Source: the human T2T-CHM13v2.0 reference genome, Homo sapiens
Direction: 5' to 3' (one strand)
DNA length: 64,000 nt
Assembly: GCF_009914755.1 (NCBI RefSeq)
Contig: NC_060942.1
Shown: positions 1-14,508 of the stretch, in pieces
How positions within the stretch are numbered: the stretch's first letter is position 1
Layout: each line of letters starts with the position of its first letter
Notes under the pieces: generated by a model
What the model saw: only the letters and a program-made list of their open reading frames with translations
The model's database searches: none
Told to the model about the DNA's origin: nothing
Translations under genes and position numbers: made by a program

Positions 1-231
1 ACTTCCTCTCTTTCTATTTGATTATGTTTTATTTATTTCTCTTGGCTAATTGCTCTGGCCAGAACTTCCAATACTATGTCGAATAGGAGTGGTAAGAGAG
101 GGCATCCTTGTCTTGTACCAGTTTTCAGAGTGAATGCTTTGAGTTTTTGCCCATTCAATATGATATTGGCTGTTGGTTTGTCATAAATAGCTCTTATTAT
201 TTTGAGATATGTTCCATCAGCACCTAGTTTA

Positions 232-447
<216 letters not shown>

Positions 448-1112
448 TTATTGAGGATTTTCACATCGATGTTCATCAGGGATATTGACCTGAAATTTTC
501 TTTTTCGTGTGTGTGTCTCTTCCCAGTTTTGGTATCAGGATGATGCTTGTTTCGTAAAATAAGTTAGGGATGAGTCCCTCCTTTTCAGTTGTTTGGAATA
601 GTTTCAGAAGGAATGGTACTGGCTCCTCTTTGTACCTCTGGTAGAATTTGGCTGTGAATCTGTTTGGTCCTGGGCTTATTTTTTGGTTGGTAGGCTATTA
701 ATTACTGCCTCAGTTTCACAACTAGTTATTGATCTATTCAGGAATTCAGCTTCTTCCTGGTTTAGTCTTGGGAGGGTGTATGTGTCCAGGAATTTCTCCC
801 TTTCTTCTAGATTTTCTAGTTTATTTGCAAAGAGATGTTTATAGTATTTCTGATGGTAGTTTGCATTTCTGTAGGGTCAGTGGTGATATCCCCTTTATCA
901 TTTTTTCATTGTGTCTATTTGATTCTTCTCTCTTTTCTTCTTTATTAGTCTAGCTAGCAGTCTATCTATTTTTTCAAAAAACCAGCTCGTGGATTCATTT
1001 ATTTTTTGTGGAGTGTTTGTTGTGTCTCTATCTCCTTCAATTCTGCTCTGATCTTAGTTATTTCTGTCTTCTGCTAGCTTTTGGATTAGTTTGTCCTTAC
1101 CTCTCTGGCTCT

Positions 1113-1441
<329 letters not shown>

Positions 1442-2237
1442 TGAGATCTTTCTAGCTTTCCAATGTGGGCATTTAGTGCTATAAATTTCCCTCTTAACAC
1501 TGCTTTAGCTGTGTCCCAGAGATTCTAGTATGTTGTCTCTTTGTTCTCATTGGTTTCAAAGAACTTTTTGATTTCTGCCTTTGTTTCCTTATTTATCCAG
1601 GAGTCATTCAGGAGTAGATTGTTCAATTTCCATGTAGTTGCATGGTTTTGAGTGGGTTTCTTAATCCTGAGTTCTATTTTGATTGCACTGTTGTCTGAGA
1701 GACTGTTATGATTTCAGTTGTTTTGCGTTTGCTGAGGAGTGTTATACTTCCAATTATGCAGTCGATTTTAGAATAAGTGCCATGTGGCACTGAAAAGAAT
1801 GTACATTCTGTTGATTTGGGGTGGAGAGTTCTGTAGATGTCTATTAGGTCCACTTGAACCAGAGCTGAGTTCTAGTCCTGAATATCATTGTTAATTTCCT
1901 GTCTGGATGATGTGTCTAATATTGACAGTCAGGTGTTAAAGTTTCCCACTATTGTGTGGGAGTCTAAGTCTCTTTGTAGGTCTCTAAGAACTTGTTTTAT
2001 GAATCTGGGTGCTCCCGTGTTGGGTGCAGATATATTTAGAATAGTTAGCTCTTCTTGTTTAATTGTTCCCTTTACCATTATGTAATGCCCTTCTTTGTCT
2101 TTTTTGGTCTTTGTTGGTGTAAAGTCTGTCTTGTCAGAGACTAGGATTGCAACCCCTACTTTTTTTTTGCTTTCCATTTGCTTGGTAAATTGTCCTCCAT
2201 CCCTTTATTTTGAGCCTATGTGTGTCTTTGCATGTGA

Positions 2238-2579
<342 letters not shown>

Positions 2580-5129
2580 GGGTCTTGACTCTTAATCCAA
2601 TTTGCCAGTCTGTGTCTTTTAATTGGGGCATTTAGCCCATTTACATTTAAGGTTAGTATTGTTATGTGTGAATTTGGTCCTGTCATCACGATGCTGCTGG
2701 TTATTTTGCACACTAGTTGATGCAGTTTCTTCATAGTGTCATTGGTCTTTATATTTTGCTGTGTTTTTGCAGTGGCTGATACTGGTTTTTCCTTTCCCTA
2801 TTCAGTGCTTCTTTCAGGAGCTCTTGAAAGGCAGGCCTTGTGGTAACAAAATTCCTCCACATTTGCTTGTCTGGAAAGAATTTTATTTCTCCTTTGCTTA
2901 TGAAGCTTAGTTTGGCTGGATATGCAATTCTGGGTTGAAAATTCTTTTCTTTAAGTGTTGAATATTGGCCCTCAGTCTCTTCTGGCTTGTAGAGTTTCTG
3001 GTAAGAGGTCCACTGTTAGTCTGAGGGGCTTCCCTTTGTAGGTGACCTGGCCTTTCTCTCTGGCTGCCCTTAATATTTTTTCCTTCATTTCAACCTTGGA
3101 GAATCTGATGATTATGTGTCTTGGAGTTGATCTTCTCATGGAGTATCTTAGTGGTGTTCTCTGTATTTCCTGAATTTGCATGTCGGCCTGTCTTGCTAGG
3201 TTGGGGAAGTTCTCCTGGGTAATATCCTGAAATGTGTTTTCCAGCTTGTTTCCATTCTCCCTGTCTTCTTCAGGTATTCCAATCAAATATAGGTTCAGTC
3301 TTTTTATGAAGTCACATATTTCTTGGAGGCTTTGTTCAATCCTTTTCTTTCTTTCATCTCTAGTCTTATCTGCATGCCTTATTTCAGCAAGGTAGTCTTC
3401 AAACTCTGATATTGTTTCTTTTGCTTGTTTAGCTTTTGATACTTGTGTATGCTTCACAAAGTTCTCGTGCTGTGTTTTTCAGCTCCATCAGGACATTTAT
3501 GTTCCTCTCCAAACTGGTTATTCTAATTAGTAGCTCCTCTAATCTTTAATCAAGGTTCTTAGCTTCTTTGTATTGGGTTAGAACATGTTCCTTTAGCTCA
3601 GCGTAGTTTTCTATTACCCATTTTCTGAAGCCTACTTCTGTCAATTTGTCCAATTCATCCTCCGTTCAGTTCTGTGCCCTTGCTGGAGCAACACTGCAAT
3701 CATTTGGAGGAGAAGAGGCAGTCTGGCCTTTTGGGTTTTCAGGTTTTTTTGTTGATTCTTTCTCATCTTTGAGAGTTTGTCTAGTTTTGATCTTTGAGGC
3801 TGCTGACCCTTGGATGGGGTTTTTTGGAGGCTTTTTTTGTTGTTGATGCTGTTGTTGCTTTCTGCTTGTTTTTCCTCCAATGGTCAGGTCCCTTTTCTGT
3901 AGGGCTGCTGTGGTTTGCTGGGGGTTCACTTCAGGCCCTATTCATCTGGTTTGCTTCTGTGCCTGGAGATGTCAGTCAAGGAGGCTGGAGAACAGCAAAA
4001 TGGGTGTCTGCTCCTTCTGGGATCTCTGACCTTGAGGGGCACCAACCTGATGCCAGTGAGATCGCTCCTGTATAGGATGTCTGAAAACCCCTGTGGGAGG
4101 GTCTCACCCTGTTGGGTGGCCCGGGGAACAGGACCTGTTTAATGAAGCACTTTGTCTCTTGGTGGAGGGGGTGTGCCTTTCCCTGGGAGGAAACCCACTA
4201 GTCTGGGCTGCCCGGATTCCTCGGAACTACCAGGAGGGAGGGGTGGCTGCAGGTTCCCCCTACGGGCTCAGGCCCGGAGAGATCCAGGTTCTGTCCCTGA
4301 GCCTGTGGCTGGAGTTGTTGGAGTTTCTGCAGGGAAGCCTTGCCCAGTGAGGAAGGATGATTCAGGGTTAGGCCTGAAGAGGCACTCCGGTCGCAGTCTG
4401 CCATAGCTGGTGTGTTGGGCTGTGGGGACATGTCTTGAGACGAAGCCGTCCAGCTTCCCTGTCTCCAGCAGGGGAAAAGCGCAGCATGGAGCTATAGAGA
4501 TAGATGCTGCCTTTCCCCCACCCAGAGAGCTTAGGGTGTTAGGCAGTTGTGAGTCCCAGCTCTGGCTGTTGCCCCTCCCTCAAGGAGCTCAAATGGCTTA
4601 GACAGCAGGCAGCTGTAGCTGTGGTGCTGCTCGCCCCTGCCCACCGGGAGCTCAGTAAGCTTAATCAGATTCCAGCTGAGAGGCTGTTGAGATTCTGCAG
4701 GGCTCTGGGGTTGGGGCGCTAGGCCCTGGAGGTGTGGGCTTGCGAGTGGGATCTTCCGATCCACGGGTTGCGCGGTTACATGAAAAAGCATGGTTTCTCC
4801 AGCTGGGTAGCATGTTCAGTTACCGCCTGTCTTGGCTCCAGGGTGGGGGCTTCCCTGCCCCGTGTGGCTCTCAGGTGGATCACCATACCACGCTGCTCTT
4901 CCTTCCTCTCTGTGGAACACGCCAGTCTCCTAGCCAGTTCTGAAGAGAGAAGCTGGATACCTGCTGGAAATAATGAAATCCTCATCCCAGAGGGTCCTGA
5001 GCCCCAAGTTCCTGTGCCCCTCTCAGTCTGTGGTTGCTATTCTTATGCCTTCCTCTGTTACTATTAATTGAAGGAGGGGCCTGTGGATCTCCTCCTGAGT
5101 CGTAATTTTATTTATTTTATGTTATTATC

Positions 5130-5427
5130 TTTTTTTTTTTTTTTTTTTGAAACAGCGTCTCACTCTGTTGCGTGGGCTGTAGTGTAGTGGCACGATCTTG
5201 GCTCACTGCGACCTCTGCTTCCCAGGTTTGCGATTCTCCTGCCTCAGCCTCCCAAGTAGCTGGGTTTACAAGCATGTGCCCCCATGCCTGGCTAATTTTT
5301 GTATTTTAGTAGAGAAAAGATTTCACCATGTTGGCCAGGCTCGTCTCGAACTGCTGACTTCAAGTCATCTGCCTGCCTTGGCTTCCCAAATTGCTGAGAT
5401 TACAGGCGTGAGCCACCGTGCTCGGCC
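5130..5427 (-). mobile_element. Alu (J/S), diverged
   Basis: Poly-T followed by a reverse Alu dimer. Confidence 0.9.
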
Positions 5428-5494
5428 TTATTTTTTTATTTATTCTTTCACTTTTTTGAGTATCTTACAATTTTTAATTTCATTTTGTTATAAT

Positions 5495-7510
5495 TTTTAA
5501 ATTTATGTTTTATTTCAATAGTTTTTTAGGAGCAAGTGGTGTTTGCTTACATGAGTAAGTTCTTTAGTGGTTATTTCTGAGATTTTGGTGTACCTATCAC
5601 TGGAGCAGTGTACACTGTACCCAGTGTGTAGTCTTTTATCTCTCGCCCCCATCATACCTTTTCCCCAAAATCCCCAAAGTCCATTGTATCATTCTTATGC
5701 CTTTGTGACCTCACAGCTTAGCTCCCACTTATGAGTGAGAACATAAGATGTATGGTTTTCCATTCCTGAGTTACTTCACCAAGAGTAATAGTCTCCAATT
5801 CCATCCAGGTTGCTGCAAATGCCATTATTTTGTTCTTTTTAAGGGCTGACTAGTATTCCATTATATATATATCTATCTCACATTTTCTTTATTCACTTGT
5901 TAATTTATGGGCATTTGGGCTGGTTCCATATTTTTGCAGTTGCAAATTGTGCTGCTATAAACATACATGTGCAAATGTCTTTTTCGTATAATGACTTCTT
6001 TTCCTCTGGGTAGATACCCAGTAGTGGGATTGCTGGATCAAATGGTAGTTTTACTTTTAGTTCTTTAAGGAATCTCCACACTCTTTTCCATAGTGGTTGT
6101 ACTAGTTTACATTCCTACTGGCAATGTAGAAGTGCTTCCTTTTCACCACATCTTGCCAACATCTATTCTTTTTTGATTTTTTGATTATATTATGGCCTTT
6201 CTTGCAGGAGTAAGGTATTATCATGTTGTGGTTTTGATTTGCATTCCCCTGATAACTAGTGATGTTGAGCATTTTTCCATATGCTTGTTGGCCATTTGTG
6301 TATCTTCTTTTGAGAATTGTCTATTCATGTGCTTAGCCCACTTTTTGATGGGATTGCTTGTTTTTTTCTTGCTCATTTGTTTGAGTTCTTTGTAGATTTT
6401 GGATATTAGTCCTTTGTTGGATATACAGATTGTGAAGATTCTTTCCCATTCTGTGGGTTGTTAACTTTAGTGATTATTTCTTTTGCTTTGCAGAAGCTTT
6501 TTAGTTTAATTTGGTTCTACTTGTAAATTTTTGTTTTTGTTGCAATTGCTTTTGAGGACTTAGTCATAAATTCTTTGCTAAGGCTGATGTCCAGAAGGGT
6601 ATTTCCTCAGTTTTCTTCTAGGATTTTTATAGTTTTACATCTTAGATTTAAATCTTTAATCCATGTTGTGTTAATTTTTATATATGGAGATAGGCAGAGG
6701 TCCACTTTAATTATTCTGCGTATGACTAGCCAATTATCCCAGCACCATTTATTGACTAGACAGTCCTTTTCTCCTTGCTTATTTTTGTTGAATTTGTTGA
6801 AGATCAGATGGTTGTAGGTGTGTAGTTTTATTTCTGGGCTCTCTATTCTGTTCTATTAGTCTATGTGTTTGTTTTTGTACTAGTACCATGCTGTTTTGGT
6901 TACTCTAGCCTTGTAGTATAGTTTCAAGTTAGGTAATGTGATGCCTTTGGCTTTGTTCTTTTTTGCTTAGGATTGCTTTGGCTATTTGAGCTCTTTTTTG
7001 GTTCCATATGAATTTTAGAATAGTTCTTCTAATTCTCTGAAATATCATATTTGTAGTTTGATAAGGATAACATCAAATCTGTAGATTGCTTTGGGCAGTA
7101 TGGCTATTTTTAACTATATTGATTCTTCCACTCCATGAGCATGAAATGTTTCACCATTTATTTGCGTCATCGGTGATTTCTTTCAGCAGTCTTTTGTAAT
7201 TTTTATTGTAGAGATCTTTCACCTCCTTGGTTAGATGTATTCCTAGGTATTTTATTTCCTGTGGCAATTATAAATGGAACTGCCTTCTTGATATGGCTCT
7301 CAGAATTACCATGATTGGTGTATAGAAATGCCACTGAATTTGTGCATTGATTTTGTGTCCTGAAACTTTACTGAAGTCATTTATCAGTTCTAAGAGCCTT
7401 TTGTTAGAGTCTTTAGGGTTTTGTAGGTATAGGATCGTATCATCAGCAAAGAGAGATGATTTGACTTCTTCTTTTCCTATTTGGATGCCTTTTATTTCTT
7501 TCTTTTGCCC
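5495..7510 (-). mobile_element. 5'-truncated L1 (L1PB-like 3' end plus ORF2 3' part)
   Basis: L1PB-type 3' UTR; ORF 7268-7537 contains the RT motif '[11 protein letters not shown]'. Confidence 0.85.
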
Positions 7511-8269
7511 CACTATAATTTTATATCCTAAAGACAATTTGTTTTGGAAGTGTCTTTTTAATTTAGTACATTGCAGAATACCAAGAAGGAGATAAAAGGG
7601 CTCCCAGTCTCAAGAAGCTTAGTTGTGCAATTATTAAGACATTCAAATTTAAAACAATACAAAGAAAAAATAGTGAACTGAAACAAAAAGAAGACAACCT
7701 TTGGATTCAGCATTCCTAGATTTCCCAGCTTCTCTATTTAGTAGCCATAATCTCTGAAAGTAACTTAACCTCCGAGCTTCAGTTTTCTTATCTATAAAAT
7801 GGAAATTTTAGCAATACCAAATGTAGGTAATGAGGGTTAGGAGGTAACATCTAAATCATTTATTCATATGAGAGTTTATATAAAAATTAATAGCAGAATA
7901 TGGGATACAGACAAATAATATTCTAGAATTATACAGGAATGATTACTTATGCTATAGTGGCTTGACAGGATTTTCAATTTTTAGCAGAATTTTGAAAAGT
8001 GTGGAATAATGAAGGAGCTAGTCCAATTATGGAGAATAATGTGAACAAAATTTTGGAGCATTATTTATCTAATGTAATAAAAAACGTAACCTTGTCCAAA
8101 GTAGGTTTGTTTAGGGAGCTGAGCAAGATAAGCCTGACAAAATGAAGACAATTTGAATGCCTGGATGGCTGTCTATTTAAGGAGAAGGATGAAACCAAGA
8201 TGAGCTTTTAGGCTGTATTATGCAGGAATTCTTGGACACGATTCATTCTTAGCCCCAAACATCTGTTTA

Positions 8270-9355
8270 CTGTCCCTATATTTTTGTCTTTTCTAGAATG
8301 TCATCTAAGTAAAATCATACACTATTAGCCTCTTGAATCTGGCTTCTTTCACTTATAATTCATTTGAGTTTCATTTATATGGTCGTATGTATCAGTAGTT
8401 TGTTCCTTTTTATTGCTGAGGAATATTTTATTGTATGGCTGTATCACAGTGTGTTTATTTACCAGTTGCAAACATTTGGGATGTTGCCAGGTTTTGGCAA
8501 TTATGAATCAACATTTGTTTAAAGGTTTTTACATGAATATTCAATCTTCTTTTCTCCTGGGTGACTGCTTAGAAATGGGATTGCTGGGTCATATGGTATG
8601 CTTATTTTTATAAGAAATGGTCATACTGTTTTTCAAAGCGACTATAATATTTTGCATTCTCTTCAGCAATGTATGAGAATTCATCCATATGTCATTTTAT
8701 TTGCTTGTTTTAAAAAATGAACTTCATTTTTTAGAACAGTTTTATGTTTACAGAAAAATTGCCAAGATAGTAAAAAGAACTCATATGCCCCACACTGAAT
8801 TTCTCCTGCTGTGAACAACTTACTATTACATTATATAATTGTCACAATTCATGAAGCAATATTTATTCCAGCACTGAACCAACATTTTTCCAATATTGAG
8901 TATATTTTAATACTGAACTGACATTATTATTATTAATGGAAGTCCATCCTTTATTCAGATTTCCTTAGTTTTAACCTAATGTTCTTTTATTGTTCCTGGA
9001 TGCCATCCAGGATCCCACATTACACTTAGTCACCATATCTCTTTAGGTTGCTCTTGGCTATGACAGTTTTTCAGACTTTCTTTGTTTTTGATGACTTTGA
9101 CTGCTTTGAGGATTATGGTCAAGTATTTTGTAGAATATCCCTCCATTGGGATTTGTCTGATGTTTTTCTCATTGTTACGCTGGGGTTATGGGTTTTGGGG
9201 AGGAAAACCACAGAGGTAAAGGGGCTATTTTTGTGTCATAACAAGGGTACCTATTATGATTTAGGCATAATTTACCACTGTTCATGTTGACTGTGACCAC
9301 TTGGCAGAGGTAGTGTGTGTCACATTCCTCCATTCTAAAGTTACCTTTTGCCTCC
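8270..9355 (-). mobile_element. Ancient L1M fragments (L1MC-type 3' UTR at ~8720-9355)
   Basis: Recognisable L1M/L1MC 3' motifs, e.g. ttttagaacagttttatgtttacagaaaaattg and gggttatgggttttggggagg. Confidence 0.65.
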
Positions 9356-10320
9356 CCTTAACTCTATATGTGATTCTTTTTTAAAAATATTTTTAATTCA
9401 CAAATAATAAGTATATATATTTATGGGGTAAATTGTGATGTGATATTTTGATATATGCATACAAAGTGGAATAATTAAATTAATCTAATTAACATATCAT
9501 TACTTCACTTATCTGTTTTTGTGGTGAGATATTTGAAATGTACTCTCTTAGCAATTTTGAAATATACAATGCATTAACTATAGTCACTATGCTGTGCAAT
9601 AGATTGCAAAAACTTATTCCTCTTGTCTAACTGAAACTTTTTCTTTGACCAACATCTTTCCACTCCCTCCCTCCCTCCATCAGTCTCCAGTTACCACAAT
9701 GCTACTGTCTACTTCTATAAGTTCAACTTTTTTAGTTTCCACATATAATTGAGACCATGAGGTGTTTGTCTTTTTGTGCCTGTGCCTGGCTTATTTCACT
9801 TAGCAGAATGTATTCCAAGTTTATCCATGTTGTTGAAAATGACAGAATTTTCTTTTTTTTAAAAAAAGGCTGGCTAGTATTTCACTGGCATGTTTAAAAA
9901 AATACATGTATCCATTGGTGAATGCTTAAGTTTATTCCATGTCTTGGCCATTGTGAATAACGATTCAATAAACATGGAAGTGGAGGTTTCTCTTCAACAT
10001 ATTGATTTTATTTCCTTTGGATATGTATTGAGAAGTGGGATTGCTGGGTCACATGGAAGTTCTATTTTTAGTTTTTTGAGGAATCTTCATACTGTTTTCC
10101 ATAATGGCTGTACTGTTTTACATTCCCACCAACAGTGCACAAGAGTTACCTTTCCTTTACATTCTTATCAACGCTTATCTTTCATCTTTTTTTTTTTTTT
10201 TTATAATAGCCATTCTAACAGGTATAAGGTAATATTGCATTGTGGCTTCCATTTTCATTTTCTTAATGATTAGTGATGTCAAGCATTTATTCATGAACCT
10301 GTTAGCTGTTTGTAAGTCTT

Positions 10321-11931
10321 CTTCTTTTTTTTTTTTTCTTAAAATCGCTGGCTTTTATGACGATGTCTTCTAAGAGCTCATTAGAATCTATAAGATAGCA
10401 GGAATTTTGCCAACAAGGGCTGCATAGAAACCACAGGGGCAACTCGGCCAGGGCTGCTCCCATTGCGGTGGCCAAGAACTGGCTGAGGGCACGACACTGG
10501 ACTCTTGGGATAAACACTTTACTCTGGGTGAAGGCTGCATATTTAAGGACACAACTGCACATTTAGATCAAGCAGTGGTGATCTCAGGGCATACACGGAG
10601 CTTCATGCTGAGAACACCCAGGGGTCCTCTAGAGTCTTCCTCCTCGTCTTTAATTTCAGAAATTCTGTCTACAGATTTAAGGATTTCGGCAGCAAGATTC
10701 AGTGTCTCAGCTCCGGAAACCAGTTGCTTAATGGAAGCCTGTGCGCTGTTCATGACCACCCAGAGGTTCTGCAAGGCCACGTCGGCGTTCTGCTTCACCA
10801 CTGTCAGGCTGGCCCCCTGGTCGCACCGCAAGGCTTCATTCTCTCGCTGGAAGCTGGAGACCTGCGCCTGCAGCAAACTGATTTCCTGTTTCAGTTTCAC
10901 GACATGGTTTTCTGCCTTTACAGCCCGTTTGGTCATCAGCTCCAGGTTCTGCTCCACCTGCTGAACCACCAACTCCAAGTCGTGGTAGTCGCTTTCCTCG
11001 TTGATCATTTTTGCTTCTAATTTCCGCACAAGCGTCCTCACCATTTCTGTTTGAGCTTCAGAGAAGCTCTGAATCTCATTCAGCTTTCTTCTCAGCTTAG
11101 AATTTTCACCTTTCAGTGCTTCGTAACTTATCTGCAGCGTCCGCAGGTGCCTGTCTCCCAGAGACTCTCCCTGAGCCGCAAAATCGGTGCTAGGACTCCC
11201 TGCCGGAGAGGCCGGAGACACGCGAGAATCAGTGTCACTCAACGCCCACGGGAGCAGAGACTAGGGCCCTGCCAGCTCTGACGGGGTGGAGAAAAAGGAA
11301 AGGTATGTGCTGCAGGGCGACGTGCAGGCAGGGACCCTCTCCGGGTGAGTCTGCTGGATGGCGGACGGCAGGTAGGCCCCACTCCATCCGGTGTCCTCAT
11401 CCTCCTCCTCATCCAGGAGGTCACCGGCCCCTGTCGGGTCCTCGAAAAATGGCTGCCGATACTCCAGGCCATACCCCCCGGTTTGGGAGAGTGGGGAGTT
11501 GTGGTCAAGTCCCAGTGAATGCCTCGACGCTTCCTTTGCATAAATTCTGCTGACCGGGTCCTCTTTTGACAGGCCGATGTTCTTGGTCTTCAGAAACTCT
11601 TTAAAGGAGAATGGATTTGCCTCTTCAAGATCTTCAAATTTGTCATCTCCAAAATGTGTCTCGTGGGCTCCTGACGGGCTCTGCTTAGAACATTTCCCCT
11701 TTCCATAGCCCAAATCGTCGGGAATGGCGAGGCTCCGGGCTCGGGACAGCGGGGTGACGCCCCGGCGGCGCGGGTAGCTCGACATCGCCGTGGGCCAGGC
11801 GGGGCAGGCGGGGCAGGACCTGCCTAGCCCGGCAGCGGCGGCTCAATGGCCCCTGCTCTGCCCGTGCCGCGGCCCGTGTCAACCGCCCCCGTCGCCCGCC
11901 GCTCGGCCGCCCCCGATCCTCCGAACCTCTC
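10321..11931 (-). pseudogene. ENTR1P1: Processed pseudogene of ENTR1 (SDCCAG3); probably ENTR1P1
   Basis: Intronless match to ENTR1 (MSSYPRR...LSRARSLAIPD...EEANPFSFKEFLKTKN...coiled coil...EEEDS). CDS 11785->10628 with an in-frame TAG at 11261-11263. Poly-A tail at ~10325-10339. TSD gtaagtctt at 10312-10320 and 11932-11940. The P-number is from memory. Confidence 0.93.
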
Positions 11932-12024
11932 GTAAGTCTTTTGACCAATGTCTATTCAGGTCCTTTGCCCATTTTTAAAGCAGGTTATTTGTTTTTTTGC
12001 TATTGAGTTTAGTTCCTCATATGT

Positions 12025-12446
12025 TGTGTTAGGCCATTCTTATATCACTCTAAAGAAATACCTGAGGCTAGGTAATTTATTAAAAAAAAAAAAATAAGAG
12101 GTTTAATTGGTTTATGGTCCTGCGGGCTGTACGGAAAACGTGGTGTTGGCATCTCCTTCCGGTGAGGGCCTCAGGGAGCTTACAATCTTGGTGGAAGGTG
12201 ATGGGAAGCCAGCATGTCACATGGTGACAGTAGGAGCAAGAGAGAAGGGGGGAGGTGCCATACTCTTTTTAACAACCAGATCTTGCCTGAACTTAGAGTG
12301 AGAACTCTCTCATTACCAAGGGAATAGAACTAAGCCATTCATGAGGATCCATCCTCATGATCCAAACACTTCCCACCAGGCCCTACCTCCACTACTAGGG
12401 ATTACATTTCAACATGAGATTTGGAGCAAACATCCAAACCATATTA
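12025..12446 (-). mobile_element. MaLR solo LTR (MSTB/MSTA-type)
   Basis: tgtgttagg...ccaaaccatatta termini and typical MST internal motifs. 5-bp TSD tatgt at 12020-12024 and 12447-12451. Confidence 0.9.
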
Positions 12447-13925
12447 TATGTTTTGGATAGTAACCCCTTATCAGATGTATGGTTTGCAAATATTTTCTCC
12501 TATGCCATGTATTGTCTCTTCACTCTGCTATTTGTTTCCTTTGCTGTGCAGGAGCTTTTTAGAGTGATGCAGTCCTATTTGTCTCTTTTTGCTTTTGTTG
12601 CATATACTTTTGGGGTTATATTCAAAATATTGTCCAGACCAATGTCATGGAGCTTTTCCCTTATGTTTTCTTTTAGTAGTTTAACTACTAAAATAAAGTT
12701 TCAGTAGTTTAGTGAAACTACTAGGTTTCAGGTCTTAATTTGTCTTTAATCCAGTTTGAGTTGATTTTTGTATATGGTGAAAATAAGGATCCAATTTCAT
12801 TCATCTACATTTGGATATCCAATTTTCCCCACACCATTTATTGAAAAAGCTGTCCTTTCCTCATTGTCTCTTCTTGGCACCTTTATTAAAACTCAGTTTT
12901 CCATAAATATTTGGGGTTATTTCTGAACTCTATCCTGTTTGACTGGTTTTGTGTCTGTTTTTATGGCAGTACTGTGCTGTTTTGATTACTATAACTTTGT
13001 AATATATTTTGCAGTTAGGTACTATGATGCCTCCAGCTTTTTTCTTTTTGATCAAGATAGGTTTGGCTATTCAGGGTCTTTTGTGTTTCCATACAAATTT
13101 TAGGATTGTTTTTTCTATTTCTTTAAAGAATGACGTTGGAATTTTGACAGGGATTACACTGAATCTGTAGATTGCTTTGGATATTATGGATATCCTAACA
13201 GTATTAATTCTTTCAATTCATAATCATGCCTTTCCATTTACTTCTGTTTTCTTCAGTTCCTTTCATCAATGCTTTATAGTTATCAATATATAGATCTTCA
13301 CTTCCATGGTTAAATTTATACCTAGGTATTTTATTTTATTTTTTTGCTATTGTTAATGAGATTGTTTTATTAATTTCTTGTTCAGATAGTTTGTTGTTAG
13401 TGTTGAAATGCTACCGATTTTTGTATGTTGATTTTGTATTCTTCAAATTAACTGAATTTGTCAGTTATAATGTTTTTATTTGGTAAAGTCTTTAAGGTTT
13501 TCTATATGTAAGATCATGCCATCTGTAAACAGGGACAATTTAACTACCTCCTTCCAATTTGGATGTTTTTTCATTTCTTTTTCTTGCCAAATTGCACAGG
13601 CTTGGACTTCCAGTAAAATGTTGAAAAGAAGTAGTGAGATTAAGCATTCCTGTCTTGTTCTAGATCTTAGAGGAAATGCTTTAAACTTTTCACTGTTACA
13701 AATATTAGCCGTGGACTTGCCATTTAAGGACTTTATTGTGTTGTGGTACATTTCTTCTCTACCGAATTAGTTGAGAGTTTTTATTATGAAACGAATTTGA
13801 ATTTCATCAAATTCTTTTTCTATATCTACTGAGATGATCATATAATTTTTGTTCTTCATTCTATTAATAAAATCAGAAACAAAAGAGGAGACATTACAAC
13901 TGATAGCACAGAAATACAAAGGGTC

Positions 13926-14197
13926 CTTCGGGAAGCCGAGGCAGGCGGATGACCTGAGATCAGGAGTTTGAGACCAGCCTGGCCATCATGGTGAAACCCC
14001 ATCTCTTCTGGAAACTACAAAAATTAGCCAGGTGTGGTGGCAGGCACCTGTAATCCCAGCTACTCAGGAGGCTGAGGCAGGAGAATCGCTTGAACCCAGG
14101 AGGCGGAGGCGGAAGTTGAAGTGAGCCAAGATCGTGTCATTGCAGTCCAGCCTGGGTGACAGAGCAAAACTCTGTCTCCAAAAAAAAAAAAAAAAAA
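13926..14197 (+). mobile_element. 5'-truncated AluS
   Basis: Alu body plus A tail. TSD agaaatacaaagggtc at 13910-13925 and 14198-14213. Confidence 0.92.
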
Positions 14198-14384
14198 AGA
14201 AATACAAAGGGTCACAAGAAACTACCATGAGCAATTATACCCCAATAAATTGGATAACTTAAAAGAAATGGGTAAATTCCTAGACACATATAACCTGCCA
14301 AGACTGAATCATGAAGAAATAGAAAATCTGAATAGACCAATAATAGATAAGTAGATTCAATCAGTAAGAAAAAGTCTCCCATTA

Positions 14385-14508
14385 GGCTGAGGCAGGAGAA
14401 TGGCGTCAACATGGGAGGCAGAGGTTGCAGTGAGCCGAGATCACACCACTGCACTCCAGCCTGGGCGACAGAGCGAGTCTCCGTCTCAAAAAAAAAAAAA
14501 AAAAAAAA
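14385..14508 (+). mobile_element. Severely 5'-truncated Alu (3' part of right arm, AluY-like)
   Basis: TSD aaagtctcccatta at 14371-14384 and 14507-14520; A tail present. Confidence 0.9.
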
